The notes beneath the pieces were generated by a model. The model was not told where the DNA came from, searched no databases, and saw nothing but the letters and a program-made list of their open reading frames with translations. From Desulfocapsa sulfexigens DSM 10523 (GTDB lineage Bacteria > Desulfobacterota > Desulfobulbia > Desulfobulbales > Desulfocapsaceae), in assembly GCF_000341395.1 (NCBI RefSeq), contig NC_020304.1, positions 3,570,001-3,602,000 of the forward strand: DNA of 32,000 bases, written 5' to 3'. The translations under genes and the position numbers were made by a program. Below, in pieces: positions 25,042-32,000 of this stretch (its first letter is position 1; each line of letters begins with the position of its first letter).

Positions 25042-26392
25042 CGGATATTTGCTGATTAAAGAGTAATCCGGTCATAATTTTCGGATAAAAATATGTGGAT
25101 TTATGAGGCATGATTAACTTTTCATCGGCAACCTGCTGTACCTGCTTCACCCGGGTCGGATTCATCACAAAGAGCAGATGGGTTTGACTCTCCTGGGTTG
25201 CACATTTTTTTACGGCTTCATCAATAGCCTCGTCAGGGTCACTGAAGTAGTGAATCAGGTTTTCCTCTTCACAACGGTGATGGTCGAGTTCCAGAGCACC
25301 CTGAACAATCACATCTGAAAGCACTACCACGTCAAGCTCCTGTAACTGAGCTGGTTTTTCTTTCAGGGATTCATATGCTTCAGGCCTTGTTGTAAGTAAA
25401 AAGCAACGATCTTCGCCGGGATGGTACACGCCAAAAGTTGTTCGTTTATCTACAGTCTTCTGCTCTTCTTCTTCCATTCTGGAAAAAACCTCACAGAGTA
25501 ACACTTCTCTGGTGCCACCGGTAATTTCATCAAGTTCAAAAAAAGGTGCTAAACGATTCATTAATGCATCAACTGAAAGCTTTCCGGGCCAATGCAGGAG
25601 ACGATGGGTTGGGAGTACTGAAAGACCTGGATCTTCCATAGGACAAAGGTACATCATGATGTGATTGGCAGGATCTTTTTCTGAAAAATCAGGATTTCGT
25701 TCCCTCTCCAGCCTTCTGTAGGAGAGCGCAGTGCGATACCGATGATGCCCATCGGCGATGTACAGTGCCTTATCCATAAAGAAATCCTGTACCTGCATGA
25801 TTACAGCCCCATCGGTCACACGGTAGAGAGAATGGATACAGCCATCGCCGTCGGTAATACTCCCCATGGGATCGTGTTCTTTTGCGGCATCGAGCAGGGA
25901 CAGGACCCTGTTTTCCTCATCGCTGTAAAGTGAAAATATCTGGCTGAACTGGGCCTTGGTGGCATCGAGCAACCGCAGCCTGTCGCTGATAACCGATTCA
26001 AAGGTCTCTTCATGAGGTTTAACCACCCCTTCATCGAACTCGGACAGACCGACAAGAGTAACAACACCTTTTCTGGTGAGCATTTTCCCGGAAGGATGCT
26101 TATACTGCACCGTATAGAGATACAAAGCGGCCTGTTTGTCACGTCTCAAGACATCCTGATCCAGCCATTTTTGGAAAAGATCAGCGACATTCTGGTACCG
26201 TTTATCCGAGCCGACTGCCCCACCGGGATTCTTTGTGATATCGAGACGAATCATGGAATAGGGATTTTTGGCCGTGTACGATTCCACAGCATTTTCACTG
26301 ATCACATCATAGGGAGGAGTGACGACATCATCGAGACTGCCCGTTTTTTCAACATTAAAATATATGCCCTTAAAGGGTGCTACAAAGGCCAT
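25016..26392 (-). CDS. DUF1015 domain-containing protein
   Basis: 458-aa ORF. N-terminus MAFVAPFKGIYFN...VVTPPYDVIS and the ADGHHRY motif are typical of DUF1015. Confidence 0.8.
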   Translation of the reverse strand: MAFVAPFKGIYFNVEKTGSLDDVVTPPYDVISENAVESYTAKNPYSMIRLDITKNPGGAVGSDKRYQNVADLFQKWLDQDVLRRDKQAALYLYTVQYKHPSGKMLTRKGVVTLVGLSEFDEGVVKPHEETFESVISDRLRLLDATKAQFSQIFSLYSDEENRVLSLLDAAKEHDPMGSITDGDGCIHSLYRVTDGAVIMQVQDFFMDKALYIADGHHRYRTALSYRRLERERNPDFSEKDPANHIMMYLCPMEDPGLSVLPTHRLLHWPGKLSVDALMNRLAPFFELDEITGGTREVLLCEVFSRMEEEEQKTVDKRTTFGVYHPGEDRCFLLTTRPEAYESLKEKPAQLQELDVVVLSDVIVQGALELDHHRCEEENLIHYFSDPDEAIDEAVKKCATQESQTHLLFVMNPTRVKQVQQVADEKLIMPHKSTYFYPKIMTGLLFNQQISGEEVDRLS

Positions 26393-26575
26393 GCGCGCCT
26401 ACTCCTTTTTTTTACTGCAAAAATTATTTATGAATACAAAAATATATGATTTATTATTATGGTGCTGATTAAAGATTAATTTGAAATAATAACACTTAAC
26501 TGTATACACTTTCAAGACTTGCAATTGTTTTTCTCCACTTTTCTGACAGAAAAACAAGGCAAAGGAGCATACACT

Positions 26576-26956
26576 ATGTACGATATATTTATTAAGACCC
26601 ATTTTGCCGGTGCCCATCATTTACGAAACTATCCCGGCGACTGCGAAAATCCCCATGGTCACAACTGGAAAATTAAGGTTACTGTCCGGGCCACACAAGT
26701 AGACGAGCTTGGTATGGGCATAGATTTCAAGGTATTAAAGAAAATTGTAAACACTGCGGTTGATATGCTTGACCACCGAGACTTGAATGAACATCCGGCT
26801 TTTCAGGATCGCAACCCGTCATCCGAGCATATTGCTGCATTCCTTTATGATACCTTGTATCCAGATCTGAAGCATGACAGATACAAGCTGCACTGTGTTG
26901 AAGTATGGGAAACAGAAACTTCCGGTCTAATCTTTTATGGGCCCGATGCCAGCTAA
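26576..26956 (+). CDS. queD: 6-carboxy-5,6,7,8-tetrahydropterin synthase
   Basis: MYDIFIKTHFAGAHHLRNYPGDCENPHGHNWKIKV with the His/Cys motifs of QueD. AAGGAG lies 8 nt upstream of the ATG at 26576. The track start at 26519 is probably too early. Confidence 0.9.
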   Translation: MYDIFIKTHFAGAHHLRNYPGDCENPHGHNWKIKVTVRATQVDELGMGIDFKVLKKIVNTAVDMLDHRDLNEHPAFQDRNPSSEHIAAFLYDTLYPDLKHDRYKLHCVEVWETETSGLIFYGPDAS

Positions 26957-27614
26957 CATTAAGATTTCAGAAATCTTCTACTCCATACAGGGGGAATCGA
27001 GCTATGCCGGTCTCCCCTGTATATTTATTCGGTTAAGTGGCTGTAACCTGCGCTGCAACTATTGCGATGCTGCCTACACCTGGGAAGAAGGAGATCCGTG
27101 GAGTATTGACTCTATTCTTGCAAAAGTGAACTCCTATCCATGTGATCTTGTTGAAGTCACCGGAGGAGAGCCCCTCTTGCAAAAGAACTGTCCTGAGCTA
27201 CTTGCAGGACTTTCCACACAGGGGAAAAAAACACTTCTTGAAACCAATGGGTCCATAGCTATCAATGCAATTCCTGATGAAACAATTGCCATCCTGGACG
27301 TAAAATGTCCCGATAGCGGCTCAAAAGACAGCTTTCACCCGGACAATCTCTTACTGATACGAAATCGCCTGGCTGCAACCCCTGGCTCAGCTGAGCTGAA
27401 GTTTGTACTATCAACACAGGATGACTACATCTGGGCAAAGAATTTTATCAGCCAGCATCAGCTCGTTGGTTTACTGCCCATTCTTTTCTCACCCGTGCAA
27501 CCAGGCGTAACAGCACAGGACCTTGCTGACTGGATTTTGAAGGATGGTTTGGATGTACGTTTGCAGATTCAGCTTCACACCATACTTTGGCCCACTATCA
27601 GTCGTGGTGTTTAG
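26937..27614 (+). CDS. queE: 7-carboxy-7-deazaguanine synthase (radical SAM)
   Basis: 225-aa ORF. Radical-SAM CxxxCxxC motif (CNLRCNYCD). N-terminal EIFYSIQGE. 20-nt overlap with queD. Confidence 0.9.
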   Translation: MGPMPANIKISEIFYSIQGESSYAGLPCIFIRLSGCNLRCNYCDAAYTWEEGDPWSIDSILAKVNSYPCDLVEVTGGEPLLQKNCPELLAGLSTQGKKTLLETNGSIAINAIPDETIAILDVKCPDSGSKDSFHPDNLLLIRNRLAATPGSAELKFVLSTQDDYIWAKNFISQHQLVGLLPILFSPVQPGVTAQDLADWILKDGLDVRLQIQLHTILWPTISRGV

Positions 27615-27666
27615 TAATGATCACACACTCAAAAATTTATTTTCAGCTTAAGGATTAATTAAGATA

Positions 27667-28692
27667 ATGAAAAAGATAGTTCCTGTTGAAGAAGCTGTTG
27701 GAATGGTTCTCCCTCATGATATAACAGAAATCGTTAAAGATGAGTTTAAAGGACGGGCATTTAAAAAAGGTCATATCATTCGCGAAGAGGACATTGAACA
27801 CCTGAAGCGCTTAGGAAAAGAACATATTTACGTTCTGAAACTCGGACCAGATGAAATCCACGAAAACGAAGCGGCTGAAATACTTGCAAGAGCCCTTTCA
27901 GGTCCAGGATCAATGCTCTCAGCGGAACCCGTGGAAGGCAAAATTGCCATTAACGCAAAATGTGACGGCCTGCTGAAGGTTAACGAAGAGGCGCTATATC
28001 GGTTCAATCTCCTCGGTGTTGTCATGTGCTCCACCCTGCAGACAAATACCCCTGTTAAGAAAGGGGAAAACATTGCTGCCACCCGCCTTATTCCACTCGT
28101 TTCAGAACGCGCCGTCGTAGAAGAGGCTGCTGCCATTGCAAAAAACGCCAACTCAATCATTTCAGTAAAAGAGTTACGGAAGGCCAAAGCAGGACTGATC
28201 ATAACCGGCAACGAAGTCTTTCACGGCAGAATAGAAGACAAGTTTGAGCAGGTACTGCGAAACAAGCTTGCAAAGATTGGCTCTGAAGTGATCTCCGTCA
28301 CCTTTGCCCCCGATGATATTGAGATAATCGGAAAGGCCATTACCGATGCAATAGTCGGTGGGGCAGATCTTATTATCACATCAGGCGGTATGTCTGTTGA
28401 TCCCGATGATGTGACTCGTATGGGGATCGAACATGCAGGAGCCACCGACTGTTTTTACGGCACCCCCGTCCTGCCCGGGGCCATGTTTTTAAGTGGTAAA
28501 ATAGGAGACATCCCCGTACTCGGTCTTCCGGCCTGTGGAATGTTTCATAATATCACAGTTTTTGACTTGATTTTACCACGAATTCTCAGCGGTGAATCAA
28601 TTGGCCGGGAAGAGTTTGCCCGAATGGGTCACGGCGGCCTCTGCCGCAACTGTAAACGATGCCAGTACCCGGTATGTAACTTTGGAAAATAA
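27667..28692 (+). CDS. molybdopterin-binding (MoCF_BD, MoeA-like) protein
   Basis: 341-aa ORF. MoaB/MogA/MoeA-type fold motifs (LIITGNEV ... DLIITSGGMSVDPDD). C-terminal Cys cluster CRNCKRCQYPVC. Confidence 0.65.
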   Translation: MKKIVPVEEAVGMVLPHDITEIVKDEFKGRAFKKGHIIREEDIEHLKRLGKEHIYVLKLGPDEIHENEAAEILARALSGPGSMLSAEPVEGKIAINAKCDGLLKVNEEALYRFNLLGVVMCSTLQTNTPVKKGENIAATRLIPLVSERAVVEEAAAIAKNANSIISVKELRKAKAGLIITGNEVFHGRIEDKFEQVLRNKLAKIGSEVISVTFAPDDIEIIGKAITDAIVGGADLIITSGGMSVDPDDVTRMGIEHAGATDCFYGTPVLPGAMFLSGKIGDIPVLGLPACGMFHNITVFDLILPRILSGESIGREEFARMGHGGLCRNCKRCQYPVCNFGK

Positions 28693-28699
28693 ATCAAAA

Positions 28700-29578
28700 A
28701 TGACCAAACGACCAGACAAAGAGGAACCGATACACTGTAACATTCTGGTAAAAGCTCCAGCAGTTGCAAGCCAGCTTCTTGCCGACAGCAGCGGCTTACC
28801 AAAGGAACGTATCAAACATGCCATGCTCAAGGGTGCCGTATGGTTAAAACGCCCAGGAAGTAAAGAGCGACGCCTCCGAAAAGCAAAATTCAAACTTAAA
28901 ACAGACGATTTTATTCAACTCTTTTATAATGCGGACGTTCTTTCTCAGACACCTCCTGAGCCGACACGCATTGCAGAAAATGAAGAGTATAGTGTCTGGT
29001 TTAAGCCTCCATGGCTCCTCAGTCAGGGAACCCGCTACGGAGACCATTGTTCCCTGCTTCGATTGGCACAGAAGAGCGCCAGTGATGTCGATTTCAAACT
29101 TATCCACCGGCTTGACCGGGAAGCTTCGGGCCTGATGGTACTGGCCCATAATCGTAATGCGGCAATGCTCCTCTCGAAACTCTTCCAGGAAGACAGGATA
29201 GAGAAGCGCTACTTTGCTGAAGTCAATGGGCATCCGGAAATACCCGAAAAAGGCCTGTTTCTGAACTCAGAGATTGATGGAAAATCGGCATCCACGGAGA
29301 TTCTTCGAGGATATCCTGGAAAGACAGATGGAAACACTATACTGGATATTCGCCTTCATACAGGAAGGCTGCATCAGATACGGAAACATCTCGCTGATTT
29401 TGGACACCCGGTTATAGGTGATTCCAAATATGGGGAACGACAGAGGGGATATTATGAATTGCATCTCTGCGCCTGGAAAATACATTTTCTCTCCCCCTTT
29501 ACCCAGGAGACAGTTACATACCAGGCACCTCTCGAAATGAGGCCATCTTTTCTTAAAGATACAATAGCTACGACATGA
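28700..29578 (+). CDS. RluA-family pseudouridine synthase
   Basis: Catalytic motif HRLDREASGLMVLA and the downstream HTGRLHQIRKH motif. I prefer the start at the ATG at 28700 (MTKRPDKE..), because the track start at 28592 overlaps the preceding gene by 100 nt. Confidence 0.85.
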   Translation: MTKRPDKEEPIHCNILVKAPAVASQLLADSSGLPKERIKHAMLKGAVWLKRPGSKERRLRKAKFKLKTDDFIQLFYNADVLSQTPPEPTRIAENEEYSVWFKPPWLLSQGTRYGDHCSLLRLAQKSASDVDFKLIHRLDREASGLMVLAHNRNAAMLLSKLFQEDRIEKRYFAEVNGHPEIPEKGLFLNSEIDGKSASTEILRGYPGKTDGNTILDIRLHTGRLHQIRKHLADFGHPVIGDSKYGERQRGYYELHLCAWKIHFLSPFTQETVTYQAPLEMRPSFLKDTIATT

Positions 29579-29593
29579 AATCGATCGGGATTT

Positions 29594-30751
29594 TCAGGAA
29601 ATAAGACTAAGGGCCAGCTCTGCGGCCTTCTCAGAAGCTCCTGATTGCCCCATCCTGTCACGCACCAGCTCAAGGCCCTGCAGCATCTCTTTGCGTCTTT
29701 GACTGTCAAAGAGTATCGCCATAAGCTCTTCCTCAATGCGTTCAGGACAAACCTCTTCCTGAATCAATTCCGGGACTATCTCTTTTCCGCCAATCAGATT
29801 AACAAGAGAAAAGTGTTTCAAATCACTGTTCACCAGGAGCTGTGCAATTCGATAAGTCCATCTGGACAACTTGTATATGACAATCATTGGGGTATCGAGA
29901 AGAGCAAGTTCCAGAGTTACCGTACCGGAAACCACCACGGCCGCATCGCAGGCTGCCATCATATCATACCGATTTTCTTTGATCAGGCGGACATCAAGCC
30001 CCTGACCATACTCAGCCAACCCATTTTCGCGGATATCTGTTTCGCTGACGGTTGAAGCCAGGGGGAGCAGGAAAACCATCTGTTTTTTCTGACAGTTCTG
30101 CTTCTGCAACCTTTGAGCAGTCTGCAGTAAAATCGGCAGAAGAGTCGCTATTTCCTTTCGCCTGCTGCCAGGTAACAAACCAATACAGAGATTTTCGGTG
30201 TCGATAGTATGATTTTTACAAAACTCATCGCGCCCGGTGATGCTCTTCACAGTATCGAGTAAGGGATGGCCCACATATTCCGCTGTAAGACCATGACTGC
30301 GAAAAAAATCCTGCTCAAAAGGGAGAATTACACCAATTTTGTCAACCCGTTCGCGAATGGTCTTTACCCGTCCGGAGCGCCAGGCCCACACCTGAGGTGT
30401 GATATAATAAAAAACTGGAATACCAAGTTTTTTTGCAGACCTGGCAAGCATAAGGTTGAAATCAGGAAAATCAATAATGATAAGAAGAGCAGGACGTTCT
30501 TCTTTAAGCGCTGTTCGTAATATTTTTCGTGCTGCAAGGATATCAGGAAGGTGAGTAAAAACTTCGGCAATCCCGACCACCGCAATTCTCTTCGCATCGA
30601 ACAGGACATTCACTCCGGCAGCTATGAGTTCCTTACCACCCATCCCGGTGTAGCTGAGTTCGGGCCTTGCAGCCTGCATGGCCCTGACTAAATTTCCACC
30701 ATGCAGGTCACCGGATGCCTCTCCGGCAATGATCATTACTCTGTTATTCAT
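29594..30751 (-). CDS. lpxB: lipid-A-disaccharide synthase
   Basis: 385-aa ORF. N-terminus MIIAGEASGDLHG and overall GT19 LpxB-like sequence. Confidence 0.92.
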   Translation of the reverse strand: MNNRVMIIAGEASGDLHGGNLVRAMQAARPELSYTGMGGKELIAAGVNVLFDAKRIAVVGIAEVFTHLPDILAARKILRTALKEERPALLIIIDFPDFNLMLARSAKKLGIPVFYYITPQVWAWRSGRVKTIRERVDKIGVILPFEQDFFRSHGLTAEYVGHPLLDTVKSITGRDEFCKNHTIDTENLCIGLLPGSRRKEIATLLPILLQTAQRLQKQNCQKKQMVFLLPLASTVSETDIRENGLAEYGQGLDVRLIKENRYDMMAACDAAVVVSGTVTLELALLDTPMIVIYKLSRWTYRIAQLLVNSDLKHFSLVNLIGGKEIVPELIQEEVCPERIEEELMAILFDSQRRKEMLQGLELVRDRMGQSGASEKAAELALSLIS

Positions 30752-31723
30752 TTACCTTCCGGACATATCCTCTGCATACACCCCAAGTTTTTGATGATCC
30801 TTTATCTGTTCAATCACCTGCAGGGCAACATCAAGCGCCCTCCGTCCTTCTTTTCCAGAAACAAGTGGAACGGTGCGGTTACGCACGTTTTCAACAAAAT
30901 GCAGGATCTCAGAGTTTAAGGCATCCCCCTTGGGAAAAGTACTCACAACGATATCCTGTTTCGGCATACCGTTTGCCATAAATTCGTTCTTTTTCAGGTG
31001 TAATGTCGTAACCTTGCGATTGGCAAAGTCAACATTAATAAATGAACCAGGCTGGAAAATACGCATGCGCCGGGTGTTATTTCGTGAAATCCGTGAAACC
31101 GTAACATTTGCCGTAGCTCCATTCTCAAAGATAAGCCTGGCATTGGCAATATCCGTGAAATCGGTAACGACCGGAGCACCGACAGTATGAATTGTCTCCA
31201 GAGGAGATTTGATTATATTTAAGATGATATCAATATCATGAATCATGAGATCGAGTACAACATCCACATCAACGCCACGATTTTTGAAGGTGGAGATTCG
31301 CTGGGATTCTATAAACACAGGAACGGTAAGGGAGGGAAGCATTGCCTCCACTGCAGGATTAAAACGTTCAAGATGGCCGACCTGTAATATCAGATCATGT
31401 TCTGCAGCTTTCTCTATAATCTCATCAGCTTCAGCAACCGTGGTAGTGATGGGTTTCTCCATCAGCATATCCACACCAGCCTCAATGCAGTCAAGAGCAA
31501 CCGCATAATGATAACTTGTCGGTACTACGACTGAAACTGCATCAACAAGCTCTAACAACTCTCGATAATCGGTGAATGCAAGACAACCGTTCTCTTTGGC
31601 AATTGCCTGAGCAGCATCCGGGTCAATATCAGCGACACCGACAAGCTCTACATCCTCCATAGCCCTATATTTCTGAGCATGATACTTCCCTAAATACCCA
31701 ACCCCGATAACACCTGCTTTCAT
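30752..31723 (-). CDS. Gfo/Idh/MocA family NAD(P)-dependent oxidoreductase
   Basis: 323-aa ORF. N-terminal Rossmann motif MKAGVIGVGYLGKYH and an EKP motif (LMEKPI). Its stop directly abuts the lpxB start (30752/30751). Confidence 0.85.
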   Translation of the reverse strand: MKAGVIGVGYLGKYHAQKYRAMEDVELVGVADIDPDAAQAIAKENGCLAFTDYRELLELVDAVSVVVPTSYHYAVALDCIEAGVDMLMEKPITTTVAEADEIIEKAAEHDLILQVGHLERFNPAVEAMLPSLTVPVFIESQRISTFKNRGVDVDVVLDLMIHDIDIILNIIKSPLETIHTVGAPVVTDFTDIANARLIFENGATANVTVSRISRNNTRRMRIFQPGSFINVDFANRKVTTLHLKKNEFMANGMPKQDIVVSTFPKGDALNSEILHFVENVRNRTVPLVSGKEGRRALDVALQVIEQIKDHQKLGVYAEDMSGR

Positions 31724-31761
31724 ATTCGTTTATCCTTTATTCCTTCTCTCACGCAGATATA

Positions 31762-32000
31762 TCAGATTCCCAGGTAGGCTTTCTGTATATCCTGATTTTT
31801 TAGCAGGTTCTCGGCTGTGTCACTGATGGTAATATCACCATTTTCGATGACATACCCACGATCAGCAATATGCAGCGCCTGATTGGCATTTTGTTCCACC
31901 AGAAATATCGTCGTATTCTGTTCTTTGTTTATTTTCTTAACAATTTCAAAAATCTGCTTAATAATAAGTGGAGCCAGCCCCATTGACGGTTCATCGAGCA
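31762..32000 (-). CDS. livF: branched-chain amino acid ABC transporter ATP-binding protein (LivF-like), partial (N-terminal part lies beyond the window end)
   Basis: The reading frame is open to the window edge. Walker B region LDEPSMGLAPLI and the C-terminus ..LLKNQDIQKAYLGI are typical of LivF. Confidence 0.75.
   Translation of the reverse strand, partial: LDEPSMGLAPLIIKQIFEIVKKINKEQNTTIFLVEQNANQALHIADRGYVIENGDITISDTAENLLKNQDIQKAYLGI

Noticed and set aside
26527-26575. preQ1 riboswitch in the queD leader: an 8-bp hairpin (GTTTTTCT-N13-AGAAAAAC) followed by CAAGGCAAAGGAG
   Set aside because: The context is attractive because it sits upstream of queDE, and the tail resembles the ACAAAACAAGG of some preQ1-I aptamers. 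However, the stem is AT-only, the A-rich tract is inside the stem, and the conserved loop features are not evident. A covariance-model scan with Rfam RF00522 would settle it.
23242-31508. Miscellaneous overlapping ORFs in the right-hand core region (for example 23242..23592, 23874..24188, 25816..26142, 26012..26449, 27828..28211, 28844..29233, 29645..30055, 30873..31190)
   Set aside because: Each overlaps a confidently identified housekeeping gene on the same or opposite strand and has no recognisable domain.

Overview
Bacterial chromosomal window. The housekeeping genes have a Desulfobacterota-like flavour, but that is inference only. Left core flank, all on the minus strand: a hybrid sensor kinase (PAS-HisKA-HATPase-REC-REC-HPt), a REC/HD-GYP response regulator and a partial exported protein. 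Right core flank: comM/yifB, a TrmN6-like NPPF methyltransferase, a DUF1015 protein, queD-queE, a MoeA-like molybdopterin-binding protein, an RluA-family pseudouridine synthase, lpxB with an abutting Gfo/Idh/MocA oxidoreductase, and a partial livF-like ABC ATPase. Between the flanks lies a ~17.6-kb accessory island (about 5144..22725), bracketed by a 206-bp direct duplication of the comM 3' end. Every island gene is on the minus strand. The island carries three paralogous class-3 (GHSLGG) lipase genes. Two are fused to very long RTX (GGxGxD) arrays that are near-identical over ~2.2 kb, while their N-terminal lipase heads differ. Each lipase gene is immediately preceded by a member of a divergent two-TM membrane-protein family (four copies, one orphan; two of the three lipase junctions are ATGA stop/start overlaps). 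Most cassette junctions hold REP-like GGGGTCGGACC elements. They also hold one intact IS200-like/RAYT-type Y1 transposase with perfect 20-bp inverted repeats, and several 3' fragments of that gene. The island also contains a DUF4915/TIGR03032-like gene and a MITE-like element. I saw no integrase, T1SS genes, tRNA, rRNA or CRISPR array. My best candidate for a new system is a mirror-image polymorphic lipase-RTX toxin/partner cassette array organised by RAYT/REP repeats. All family assignments come from motif recognition by eye and need HMM or BLAST confirmation.
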